Source of the DNA: an uncultured Syntrophomonadaceae bacterium
Lineage (GTDB): Bacteria > Bacillota > Dethiobacteria > DTU022
NCBI GenBank assembly: GCA_964485855.1
Contig: CAZAKI010000004.1
Coordinates: 2,343-66,342, forward strand
Direction of reading: 5' to 3'
DNA length: 64,000 nt
A program made the translations under genes and the position numbers. This document shows positions 9,022 to 18,111 of this stretch, in pieces. Numbering within the stretch: the first letter of the stretch is position 1; each line of letters opens with the position of its first letter. The notes beneath the pieces were generated by a model. That model did not search any database. It saw nothing but the letters and a program-made list of their open reading frames with translations, and was not told the DNA's origin.

Positions 9022-10215
9022 CTAAATCACACCTTTTTCGCGCCAAGCGGCAATTTTATCAGCGTTATAACCAAGGTTGCTCAATATTTCATCCGTATGC
9101 TGACCGAGTGTAGGCGGCGGCATAGTAATCGCTCCTGGAGTCAGTGAAAGCTTGGTTGGCACACCAATCAGTTTAATCGTCCCGGCCAGAGGGTGTTCCT
9201 GCTCGACCACCATTTCCCGGATTTTAACATGGGGATCGGTCAAAACCTGGTCAATGGTCCTGATCCGACCGCAGGGCACCCCGGAAGTTTCCATGATTTC
9301 AACCCACTGTTCGGTGCTCTTTTGCCTGGTCAACTCTTCAATAATTGCTTTCAGTTCAGCCGGATGCTGGTTGCGGCTTTTCATGTCGACAAAACGCGAG
9401 TCATCGTTTAATTCCGGTTTACCAAGCGCTTCGACAAAACTTTCCCACAGCCTCTGGTTGCCAACAGCAAAGATTACATAACCATCTTTTGTTTCGAAAC
9501 TTTCATAAGGCGTAATCATCGGGTGACGGTTGCCAACCCGGTTCGGAGCTTTACCGGTCGCCAGATAGTTACCGGCCTGGTAGGTCAGAATAGCGATGAT
9601 CGAATCCATCAGGGAAACGTCAACGAACTGACCCTGACCGTTCTTGTTTTTAGCCAGCAGGGCCAGTAGAATCCCTTCGACGGCATGAAAACCGCCAAGA
9701 ACATCGGCAATGGCTACCCCCAGCCGTTGTGGTGGTCCATCGGGAAATCCGGTAATGCTCATCAACCCGGCCTCACCCTGGATCATAACGTCGAAACTTG
9801 GCTTCTCCCGGTAGGGACTATTGTGCCCATAACCGGTGATCGAGCAGTAGATAATATCTTCCTTAATTTTTTTTACATCTTCGTAGGTCAGACCCATTTT
9901 TGCCGTAACCCCGATCCGGAAGTTCTCGACAAATATATCGGCTTCTGCAATCAGCCGCTGTAAAATCTCACGGGCATCCTGTTCACGCAGATTCAGGGTA
10001 ATACTTTTCTTGCTGCGGTTGAATGAAAGGTAATAAGCTGATTCTCCTTCAAGGAAAGGGGGACCTAATTCGCGTGAATCGTCACCCTTGTTTGGGGTTT
10101 CTACTTTAATCACCTCGGCCCCCATATCACCCAGTTTCATTGTACAATAGGGTCCGGCAATAAAACGACTTAAATCAACAACTTTTAAACCTGAAAGCGG
10201 CTTGTCCATCATCAA
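9022..10215 (-). CDS. Family III CoA-transferase (CaiB/BaiF family; formyl-CoA transferase/L-carnitine dehydratase-like)
   Basis: 397 aa. N-terminal LKVVDLSRFIAGPYCTMKLGDMGAEVIKVE is the family III CoA-transferase signature. Confidence 0.85.
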   Translation of the reverse strand: MMMDKPLSGLKVVDLSRFIAGPYCTMKLGDMGAEVIKVETPNKGDDSRELGPPFLEGESAYYLSFNRSKKSITLNLREQDAREILQRLIAEADIFVENFRIGVTAKMGLTYEDVKKIKEDIIYCSITGYGHNSPYREKPSFDVMIQGEAGLMSITGFPDGPPQRLGVAIADVLGGFHAVEGILLALLAKNKNGQGQFVDVSLMDSIIAILTYQAGNYLATGKAPNRVGNRHPMITPYESFETKDGYVIFAVGNQRLWESFVEALGKPELNDDSRFVDMKSRNQHPAELKAIIEELTRQKSTEQWVEIMETSGVPCGRIRTIDQVLTDPHVKIREMVVEQEHPLAGTIKLIGVPTKLSLTPGAITMPPPTLGQHTDEILSNLGYNADKIAAWREKGVI

Positions 10216-10313
10216 TTCCTCCTTTAACTGAAAAAATTGATTCTACAAAGAGTGCTCTATTCCTGCTTTGATTTTTTTCAATCCTCCCTCTTTAATTTTC
10301 GCTCTGGGCGGTG

Positions 10314-10341
10314 TATAATCAAAAAAACAAACATTTGTTCG
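10314..10341 (+). promoter_or_regulatory. -10 box TATAAT followed by a LexA (Cheo-box-like) operator upstream of dinB
   Basis: TATAAT at 10314-10319. CAAACATTTGTTCG at 10328-10341 matches the Firmicutes LexA box CGAAC-N4-GTTCG with two mismatches. It sits directly upstream of a Y-family polymerase gene. Confidence 0.5.
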
Positions 10342-10363
10342 CCTATTAGGTGGTTGGTGTAAC

Positions 10364-11596
10364 GTGAATGAAAAGATAATTTTTTTAGCTGATATGGAAT
10401 CTTTCTACGCCAGTGTCGAGACAGCCCGCAACCCCGCCCTGCGAGGCAAGCCTGTGGCGGTTTGCGGCGACCCGGCCTTGCGTCACGGCATTATCCTGGC
10501 CGCCAGCCGTGAAGCAAAAGCCTACGGTATCAAAACAGGACAGCCGGCTTGGGAAGCAAGACGCATGTGTCCCTGGATCACCTTCGTCCACCCGCACATG
10601 CAGGCTTATATCGATTATTCGCTGCGCATTACCGCGATCTTTGAGCAGTTCACCGATCGGGTAGTTCCTTACTCAATTGACGAACAATTTCTTGATCTGA
10701 GTCATTCCAAATTGCTATACGGCAACCCCCGCGAGGCGGCCCAGGTGCTGATCGATAAAATCTGGAATGAAATTGGCATCCGCTGCCGCATCGGCATGGG
10801 CGAGAATCCACTGCAGGCCAAGATGGCTTGCGACTGCTTCGCCAAAAAACTTCCGGATCTATTTTTCGAGCTGAACAACGACAACTATGCCCTTTACATC
10901 TGGCCCCTGCCGATTATTTCCCTTTTCGGAGTTGGTCACCGCATGCAGCGCAACTTGCAGCGCATCGGCGTGCGCACCATCGGCCACCTTGCTGCCCTGC
11001 CCCGTGAAATGATCGGTCGGCGCTGGGGCATCTGCGGCGAAGTCCTCTGGTTAAATGCTAATGGAATTGACTATTCTTCCGTTGCACCGGATCAGCTCCA
11101 GGAGCAAAAAGGCATCGGCCATATGGCAACCCTGCCCCGCGATTACCGCAAGCAGCAGGAAATTGAGCTGGTGTTGCTGGAGATGACCGAAGAGGTTTGT
11201 CAGCGGACTCGGAGGCACCAAAAAATCGGCACCACTATTCATCTCTACTGCCGGGGAGCCGATTTTGATCACCCTTCCGGCTTTTCCCGCCAGAAAAAAC
11301 TGCCCGTCACTACGGCCAATGCGCTCGATATTTACCCAACTGTACTGCAGTTGTTCCGCAAGCACTGGGATCGCCGACCGCTACGGGCGATCGGCATCAG
11401 TTTAAGCGGCCTTACCGCTTACCGCCAATTGCAACTGGCATTCTCAACCCGCAGCGCACAAGAAGAGACCCTGACCAAAACCGCCGATCTGATTCGGACC
11501 AGGTTCGGTAAAACCAGCCTTTTTCGCGCCTCTTCGTTGAAACCGGGAGCCCAGCTTTTCCAGCGGGCCGGTAAGATCGGGGGGCATGATTCTTGA
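10364..11596 (+). CDS. dinB: Y-family DNA polymerase IV (DinB/UvrX-like)
   Basis: 410 aa with the IMS/UmuC family N-terminus (FLADMESFYASVE…). GTG start follows GGTGG. Confidence 0.85.
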   Translation: MNEKIIFLADMESFYASVETARNPALRGKPVAVCGDPALRHGIILAASREAKAYGIKTGQPAWEARRMCPWITFVHPHMQAYIDYSLRITAIFEQFTDRVVPYSIDEQFLDLSHSKLLYGNPREAAQVLIDKIWNEIGIRCRIGMGENPLQAKMACDCFAKKLPDLFFELNNDNYALYIWPLPIISLFGVGHRMQRNLQRIGVRTIGHLAALPREMIGRRWGICGEVLWLNANGIDYSSVAPDQLQEQKGIGHMATLPRDYRKQQEIELVLLEMTEEVCQRTRRHQKIGTTIHLYCRGADFDHPSGFSRQKKLPVTTANALDIYPTVLQLFRKHWDRRPLRAIGISLSGLTAYRQLQLAFSTRSAQEETLTKTADLIRTRFGKTSLFRASSLKPGAQLFQRAGKIGGHDS

Positions 11597-11937
11597 GTAA
11601 AAAATTTAACCAGCAATTTGCCTGCAGCCGGATGATGCTTCCCGAACACTGTGGCAGTTTGCGGGAACAGGCCGCCGCAAAAATAAAGGCCGAAGAACAG
11701 CGCAAACCCCTGATCGACGAACAACTACAGGAAGAACAACAGCAGCTCCTGGAACAAGCGCTCCGTGGCCGCAAGCGCCTGAGATTTGAAGTGCTTACCA
11801 GATCCGGCCGTGTATCCTTTAGCGGTGTGCCGCGCCGACTAGACGAAAATGCCGGTATGATTCTAATCGATACCGGCAGCAGCAAACTGGAGAAGATCAG
11901 TTCCGCCGCGGTGATCAAGCTCAGCGGTGAATACTGA
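11593..11937 (+). CDS. YolD-like protein (partner of Y-family polymerases)
   Basis: 114 aa. It overlaps the dinB stop by 4 nt (ATGA), and has the size and position typical of yolD/yozL-type genes downstream of uvrX/dinB homologues. Confidence 0.55.
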   Translation: MSKKFNQQFACSRMMLPEHCGSLREQAAAKIKAEEQRKPLIDEQLQEEQQQLLEQALRGRKRLRFEVLTRSGRVSFSGVPRRLDENAGMILIDTGSSKLEKISSAAVIKLSGEY

Positions 11938-11964
11938 TTGACTTCTCTCAGTTAAGCTTAAGGT

Positions 11965-13143
11965 TTATTCCATCTCAACAGTGCAGGCGATACCCTGACC
12001 ACCACCAATGCAGAGTGTTGCCAGACCTTTTTGCACCTTACGCTTTTGCATTTCGTAAAGCAGGGTTACAAATATCCTGGCTCCGCTAGCTCCAATCGGG
12101 TGACCAATGGCAATGGCCCCGCCATTAACGTTGACGATTGAAAGATCAAGGTTAAGTTCCCGACTGACAGCTAAAGCCTGCACGGCAAATGCTTCGTTGG
12201 CCTCGATCAGCTGCAAGTCAGGAACTGTCCATCCGGCTTTGGATAAAGCTTTTCTTGTAGCCGGTATCGGTCCGGTACCCATGATTGCCGGATCTACCCC
12301 GGCAGAGGCATAGCTCTTAATCAGGGCCAGCGGTTTTAAGCCAAGTTCTCTTGCCTTAGAGCTGCTCATCACTACCACTGCTGCAGCACTATCATTTATA
12401 CCGGAAGCATTTCCGGCAGTTACCGTGCCGTCTTTTTTGAAAGCAGGTTTGAGTTTGGCCAGTGCTTCGAGGGTCGTCATGCGTGGATGTTCGTCGACAG
12501 AAAAGATCAGGGGGTCACCCTTTCTCTGAGGCACTTCTACCGGAACAATCTCATCTTTAAAACGACCGTTTTCAATCGCCGCCATTGCTCTCTGCTGGCT
12601 TTCAAGCGCAAATTGATCCTGATCATCGCGGGTGATCTTAAATTTTACGGCAATATTTTCAGCTGTCATTCCCATGTGGTAATCATTGAATGCGCACCAT
12701 AAACCGTCTTTGATCATGGAATCCACCATGTTGCTGTCACCCATGCGCAACCCCCAACGGGCACCATTTACCAGGTAAGGAGCAGCGCTCATATTTTCTG
12801 TGCCGCCGGCCACGATTATTTCGGCTTCACCGGCAATAACAGCATTGGCAGCCAGGGTTATGCTACGTAACCCCGATCCGCAAACCTTATTAACTGCCAG
12901 GCAGGGGGTTTCATTTGGTAGCCCGGCCTTCAGGGCAGCCTGGCGCGCAACATTCTGACCCAAACCAGCCTGCAATACACAGCCCATGATCACTTCATCA
13001 ACCTGTTCAGGTTTTAAACCGGCTCGTTGTAAGGTCTCCTTGATCACCAGCGCTCCAAGGGTTACAGGACTGATATCTTTAAGTGATCCGCCAAAAGTGC
13101 CGACCGCAGTTCTTACAGCACTAACCACTACTGCTTCTTGCAT
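11965..13143 (-). CDS. Acetyl-CoA C-acetyltransferase (thiolase II)
   Basis: 392 aa with canonical thiolase motifs ([21 protein letters not shown], catalytic C-terminal GGGQG). Confidence 0.9.
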   Translation of the reverse strand: MQEAVVVSAVRTAVGTFGGSLKDISPVTLGALVIKETLQRAGLKPEQVDEVIMGCVLQAGLGQNVARQAALKAGLPNETPCLAVNKVCGSGLRSITLAANAVIAGEAEIIVAGGTENMSAAPYLVNGARWGLRMGDSNMVDSMIKDGLWCAFNDYHMGMTAENIAVKFKITRDDQDQFALESQQRAMAAIENGRFKDEIVPVEVPQRKGDPLIFSVDEHPRMTTLEALAKLKPAFKKDGTVTAGNASGINDSAAAVVVMSSSKARELGLKPLALIKSYASAGVDPAIMGTGPIPATRKALSKAGWTVPDLQLIEANEAFAVQALAVSRELNLDLSIVNVNGGAIAIGHPIGASGARIFVTLLYEMQKRKVQKGLATLCIGGGQGIACTVEME

Positions 13144-13166
13144 CTAGATTTCCTCCATTCTTTTTA

Positions 13167-13946
13167 CTAGGCTCGACCGATAATGTAGCGATAAGGATCG
13201 ACTTCGTTACGCAAAATATTTAATTCATCAGTTGTTGGTGGATTACTTTCTTGCAAACCGGCAGACCATAGTAACTCAAAGCCGGTATTCTCAACAATTT
13301 TTTCTTGACTGATTCCGGGATGCATACTTTCAACTTTCATCCGCTTGGTCTGCTCGTCAAATCCAATTACGCAAAGGTTGGTGATCACCTTGTAGGGACC
13401 GCTTCCGGGTGGCAAACCTGCTTCTTCCCTTGCTCCCGGGCCGGTTAGATAACCAGGGGTAGTGATAAAATCAATTTTTTCTGTAAAACGACGTTGATCC
13501 TGGGGAGTAATCATCATCGTCTTCCAACAGAGTGAACCAAGATCATTTGCCCCGCCGCTGCCCGGAAAGCGAACCTTTGGTTTGCGGTAATCGGTGCCGA
13601 TCATCGTCGAATTGATGTTGCCGTACTTATCAATCTGAGCTCCCCCCAGGAAGGTATAGTCAACCAGACCCCTTTGGCAGGTTTCCATGATATCCGGCAT
13701 ACTGCTGGCAGCCAAAGCCCGATAAAAGGTTCTTGAATCACCAACTGAAATCGGCATTGACGGTAATAGTGGACCGATGCCACCGGCTTCGAACATGATC
13801 ATCAAACGCGGTGAATAGAGTTTCTGGGCCAACATGGCCGCAGCACAAGGAGCTCCGGTGCCTACCACAACAATACTGTCATCTTCCAGATAACGCGAAG
13901 CAAGGCAGATCATCAGTTCCATGTCGTTATATTCCATTATCAACAA
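13167..13946 (-). CDS. Family I CoA-transferase subunit B (glutaconate/3-oxoacid CoA-transferase beta-like)
   Basis: 259 aa. It resembles GctB/AtoA-type beta subunits and lies immediately downstream of the subunit A gene. Confidence 0.8.
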   Translation of the reverse strand: MLIMEYNDMELMICLASRYLEDDSIVVVGTGAPCAAAMLAQKLYSPRLMIMFEAGGIGPLLPSMPISVGDSRTFYRALAASSMPDIMETCQRGLVDYTFLGGAQIDKYGNINSTMIGTDYRKPKVRFPGSGGANDLGSLCWKTMMITPQDQRRFTEKIDFITTPGYLTGPGAREEAGLPPGSGPYKVITNLCVIGFDEQTKRMKVESMHPGISQEKIVENTGFELLWSAGLQESNPPTTDELNILRNEVDPYRYIIGRA

Positions 13947-13970
13947 CCTCCTTGGCAGGTTACTAAATAT

Positions 13971-14993
13971 TTATTTTTCAATCAGATTTTCCTGGTGGCG
14001 CAGTTCCTGTAAGCGCTTTAAACCACCAATTTGATCAAGATAACCGTTGAAATCATTAACCCCATAAATATAACGATTAAGAAATTCAGCCAGTTCAGCT
14101 GGGTTGGCTTCTGCCTTTAACCACTCTCGCAAGTGGTCCTCGTCACTAAAATACTCGTAGGGCATATTACCAGGATAGCTGCCGAATGGCACCTCAATCA
14201 CGGCATCAACCAGATAATAAGGAATTACTGTTCTGGTTGGATCACGGCGAATCTGTTCATTGGGAATCAGCTTCTCGGTAGTGATAATCAAGCGCTTGGC
14301 GGCCCTGGCTAAATCGTTATCAGCAACCATGATCCCGTCAATCTGGCAGTTGCCGTAAATATCAGCCCGATGGACATGGATGATACCAACATCCGGGAAA
14401 AGTGCGGGTACCGCAAGATACTTAGCTCCGGTAAAAGGACACTCCATCTCCATCGCTGCACTGTATTTTTGGGTGTCAGTACCCAACATGCAGCGAATCG
14501 GCATAAAAGATAATCCCATTGCAGCCGCTTTGTAGCGCCAGGTGAGGGCGGCATTGGTCCATTCGGTGGTCTCCACTTCTCCGCTTTCGATTGCCAGGCG
14601 GGCAATCTTGGAAAGACCGCGTGCCTCTAATCCCACGACGTAAGCTATATCACAGCGATCAATACATTTACCGGCCACCAGAATCTGAAAATCATGGGTT
14701 GCCGTATGTCCAGCCAAGCCTAAATTCTTCTTCTTCTGGCGCACCATTTCGTGCAACACTGCTGTTGGAATCCGGTTAGCACCAAAACCGCCGACCCCTA
14801 CATAGTCACCATCGTTGATTAATTTATTTACCGCTTCACCAACCGTTGTTGTCTTTTCCACCATTTTACGAGGCTTTTGGTCACGAAAAAATAATCGAGC
14901 CCGATCGGCATCCGGATCAGTAAAAATTCTGCCACTGCCGGCTGGTTTGTAGATTGCCTGCTTTTCCTTTAATAATTCGCTGAAATCTGCCAT
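13971..14993 (-). CDS. Family I CoA-transferase subunit A (glutaconate CoA-transferase alpha-like)
   Basis: Similar to GctA. The preferred start is the ATG at 14993 after GGAGGTGG. The track start at 15020 is a GTG with a 1-nt spacer. Confidence 0.8.
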   Translation of the reverse strand: MADFSELLKEKQAIYKPAGSGRIFTDPDADRARLFFRDQKPRKMVEKTTTVGEAVNKLINDGDYVGVGGFGANRIPTAVLHEMVRQKKKNLGLAGHTATHDFQILVAGKCIDRCDIAYVVGLEARGLSKIARLAIESGEVETTEWTNAALTWRYKAAAMGLSFMPIRCMLGTDTQKYSAAMEMECPFTGAKYLAVPALFPDVGIIHVHRADIYGNCQIDGIMVADNDLARAAKRLIITTEKLIPNEQIRRDPTRTVIPYYLVDAVIEVPFGSYPGNMPYEYFSDEDHLREWLKAEANPAELAEFLNRYIYGVNDFNGYLDQIGGLKRLQELRHQENLIEK

Positions 14994-15099
14994 AAAACCA
15001 CCTCCTGTAATAATATCCACTTCCTTAGAAAGCTATTTCAGTTGCTACCATTAATAACCTCATGATCTATTCTATAGATTAATATTATTCCCTTCAACC

Positions 15100-15147
15100 A
15101 AAAAAGGTTAACCCCTCCTCACGGTTCGGTTGGAACGGATTAACCTT
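15100..15147 (-). terminator. Rho-independent terminator downstream of the acyl-CoA ligase gene
   Basis: AAGGTTAA…TTAACCTT stem. On the minus strand it is followed by a U-run (A-run 15100-15105 on the plus strand). Confidence 0.6.
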
Positions 15148-15172
15148 AATCGCTAGCCACTAGACTAGATTG

Positions 15173-16837
15173 TTAGACTGTAGTTTTTTCCATCTCTTTT
15201 TCCTTCAACACTCTTCTTAAGATTTTTCCAACACCGGATTTCGGAAGCTCATCGATAAATTCTATTACTTTAGGTATTTTGTAGGGGGCGAGCGACTCCC
15301 GGCAGTAGTCCTGCACTTCTTCGGCTGTAAGTTTTTCACCTTCCTGTAAAACCAGATAGGCCTTGACTGTTTCCCCCCGGTATTGATCGGGAACACCAAT
15401 TGTACAGGCTTCAGCAATTTTGGGATGACCGAAAAGAATATCGTCAATCTCATTCGGATAGATGTTAAAGCCACCGGCAATAATAATATCCTTTTTCCGG
15501 TCGACCACTGAGAGGTATCCTTCCTCGTCCATGACACCGATATCACCCGTGTAAAGCCATCCATCTCTTAACACTAATGCTGTTGCCTCAGGATTTTTGT
15601 AATAGCCTTTCATTACTTGGGGTCCCTTAATAATGATTTCACCGGCTTCACCAGCAGGCAGTTCCTTGGTTCCGGTATCTAGATCAACTATTTTTATCTC
15701 GGTATTAGGCACTGGTATCCCTTCAGTGCCGGCTTTTACTTTCCCGCCCCAGGGACTGACCGTTGCCGTCACCGTGCATTCGGTCAAACCATAGATACTG
15801 AGTAAATCAGAACCATTCAGTTCTTTTAAGCGGTTATAAGTATCAATTGGCAGCGGAGCACCACCGGAAAAGTAACCCTTGATAAAGGAAAGGTCCATGG
15901 TCTGAAACTCTTTGTTATTTAGCAAACCATTGTAGATGGTAGGAACTCCGGGCAGGTAATCAGGTTTATATTTTTTGATGGCTTCCAAAACATTTTCCGG
16001 ATCCGGGCGGGGAATAGTGATCGCTTCAAGAGCCATCCAAACTGGTAAATTCTGCATAATGGTAAACCCGGCAGTGTGAAAATAAGGCAAATCGGCTAGC
16101 AGCTTTTCACCTGGTTGGATCCCGGGCAACCAGGCGGCGAATTGCTGCACATTAATTGAAAGGTTCTCGTTGGTCTGCATAACCCCCTTACTGAGGCCCG
16201 TGGTCCCACCGGTATAGAGCAGGGCAGCCAGATCACTCCATGCTGACAGATCTTCTACCGGATCAGTAGAATAATTATCAATCAGGTCTGTAAACTGGTC
16301 TACTCCTTCCTGCGGCTCAATTTTACGATACATAGATTTTTTCACCAGAGGATAGAGCTGTTTCTTGGGAAATGGCAAGTAGTCGTTTATATGACAGGTT
16401 ATTATCCTCTTTAGTCCGGTTTCCTTTTTCAGCTTAAGCATCCGCGGCAGTAAAAGGTCAAGGCCGACAATAATTGTCGATTCAGAATCGTTTAGCTGAT
16501 GTTTTAGCTCTCTTTCCGTGTAAAGCGGGTTGTTCATCACACAAACGGCACCAATACGCATCGTAGCAAAGTTGGCAATTACCGTTTGGGGCAAATTGGG
16601 CATCAACAGGGCGACTTTGTTCCCGGCACAAACTCCTAAGTCAACCAGGGCTCTGGCAAATTGATTGACCAGCTGATCAAGCTGATTATAGCTGATCTTA
16701 TAACCCATCCAATTCAAAGCGGTGTAGGCAGGATACTGTTTAGCAGTCCGGGTTAGAACCCTGGACATGGTTATTTGATCAAAATTAATACTTTCCGGCA
16801 CTCCGGGCGCATACATTTTTACCCAGGGATAAGCCAT
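15173..16837 (-). CDS. AMP-dependent acyl-CoA synthetase/ligase (FadD-like)
   Basis: 554 aa with AMP-binding motifs (YTGGTTGLSKGV, GYGLTE, the TGD…GE…D core). Confidence 0.85.
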   Translation of the reverse strand: MAYPWVKMYAPGVPESINFDQITMSRVLTRTAKQYPAYTALNWMGYKISYNQLDQLVNQFARALVDLGVCAGNKVALLMPNLPQTVIANFATMRIGAVCVMNNPLYTERELKHQLNDSESTIIVGLDLLLPRMLKLKKETGLKRIITCHINDYLPFPKKQLYPLVKKSMYRKIEPQEGVDQFTDLIDNYSTDPVEDLSAWSDLAALLYTGGTTGLSKGVMQTNENLSINVQQFAAWLPGIQPGEKLLADLPYFHTAGFTIMQNLPVWMALEAITIPRPDPENVLEAIKKYKPDYLPGVPTIYNGLLNNKEFQTMDLSFIKGYFSGGAPLPIDTYNRLKELNGSDLLSIYGLTECTVTATVSPWGGKVKAGTEGIPVPNTEIKIVDLDTGTKELPAGEAGEIIIKGPQVMKGYYKNPEATALVLRDGWLYTGDIGVMDEEGYLSVVDRKKDIIIAGGFNIYPNEIDDILFGHPKIAEACTIGVPDQYRGETVKAYLVLQEGEKLTAEEVQDYCRESLAPYKIPKVIEFIDELPKSGVGKILRRVLKEKEMEKTTV

Positions 16838-16917
16838 TTTTAATCCTCCTCATTTCACCTGCAAAGGTTTTATCGAAGCAGTGCATAAATCGTTTGACGT
16901 TACCGTCCCGCAGATTA

Positions 16918-18111
16918 TCAGGTAATGATTAGCTGCAAATCGCTTAACGGATATGTTGAGCAGGTATGGATATAACCATATTCTAGATCTGCGGCCCGTC
17001 GGCCATCACCATCCTTTCTGATCAAGACTGACCCGGATAAGAGTAGAGCCCGACAGAAACCACATTCCCCTGAACGACATTGCGCATCAGGATTAAGGCC
17101 GGCACGTTCTAATGCCGTTAGGATCGTTTCGGCAGCAAGCGCCTTGATCATTCCAGTTTTTTCTCTTCTGGTGTACTGAATTGCGTAAAAAATGTTTCTG
17201 TTATCTTGCGGCTGATCATTATCGGTAAGGGGAATATCTGCCGTGGCTGTCGGTTCAGATCTGATCGATCTCCGGGGGATGCCCAACTTAGCAAGACTGT
17301 TCAGACAAAAAGTGGACATTTCAGGGGGACCACAGATAAAATAGCTATAGTTTAGCGGATCGTCAATCGCTTTTTGCAACACTTCAGCGGTAATAAATCC
17401 CCTGTAACCCTGCCAGCTAGCCGTAGGCTCGCTGAGCACATGAATTAAAGTAAACTGTTCAGGATGTTGTCGTGCCAGCTCGGCTAACTCTGCTTGAAAA
17501 ATAATATTTTTTTCATCACGACTGCCGTATAAGCAGATCATCCTGCGAGGTTTTCCCGTTTTAATCATTTCATTGATTAATGATCTGATCGGTGCAATCC
17601 CGCTGCCACCGGCCAAAGCGATAAGATCAGGTTGATCGCGCAGTGGATCGTAGTAGCAGTTGCCGTGCGGTCCTGTAGCAATGATTTCAAATCCAGGTTG
17701 CCAGCTATCCCAAATATATTCGCTGACAAAACCTCCTTCTTTATAAGCAATAGTCAGTTCATAAAAATTTTTTGAAAGATAAGGAGCTGATGATATTGAA
17801 TAGGGTCTAGAAACCACTTTATTGTTGATCTGTGCTTTTAGGCTCAGATATTGGCCGGCTCGAAAATATGGTAATCCCGTTTCTCTCCTTGAAGATATTA
17901 AGCGGTAAGATCTTACCCCTTTTATTTCCTGCCGGACATCACTAATCATTAATTTCAGGCAGGGTGGATGCAAGGCCAAGGAAAGATCACGGATTGGGTC
18001 CGACATATCGATTACCGCTCCTGAGACGGCCATTTTTTCCATCCGCTCACTGTTTAAGGCAAACATCTTCTCCAAATCCTTGTCTAAACCAGACGCTTCC
18101 ATTAACTGCAC
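16918..18111 (-). CDS. FNR-like FAD/NAD(P)-binding oxidoreductase with C-terminal plant-type [2Fe-2S] ferredoxin domain (PDR/VanB-like reductase)
   Basis: 397 aa with an RxYS FAD motif and an NAD-binding GGSGIAP motif. The C-terminal CRSGECGFCR motif indicates a 2Fe-2S cluster. Confidence 0.7.
   Translation of the reverse strand: MQLMEASGLDKDLEKMFALNSERMEKMAVSGAVIDMSDPIRDLSLALHPPCLKLMISDVRQEIKGVRSYRLISSRRETGLPYFRAGQYLSLKAQINNKVVSRPYSISSAPYLSKNFYELTIAYKEGGFVSEYIWDSWQPGFEIIATGPHGNCYYDPLRDQPDLIALAGGSGIAPIRSLINEMIKTGKPRRMICLYGSRDEKNIIFQAELAELARQHPEQFTLIHVLSEPTASWQGYRGFITAEVLQKAIDDPLNYSYFICGPPEMSTFCLNSLAKLGIPRRSIRSEPTATADIPLTDNDQPQDNRNIFYAIQYTRREKTGMIKALAAETILTALERAGLNPDAQCRSGECGFCRALLLSGSVLIRKDGDGRRAADLEYGYIHTCSTYPLSDLQLIIT

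Noticed and set aside
15020-15020. Track starts at 15020 (GctA), 20684 (crotonase), 23401 (HMGCS-DUF35), 29696 (nfeD), 31695 (Zn-ribbon protein), 32321 (ndk) and 53328 (deoB)
   Set aside because: Each would create long overlaps with the upstream gene, or would lack a Shine-Dalgarno or lie within a terminator or promoter element. Downstream in-frame starts with proper Shine-Dalgarno spacing and family-typical N-termini are preferred.
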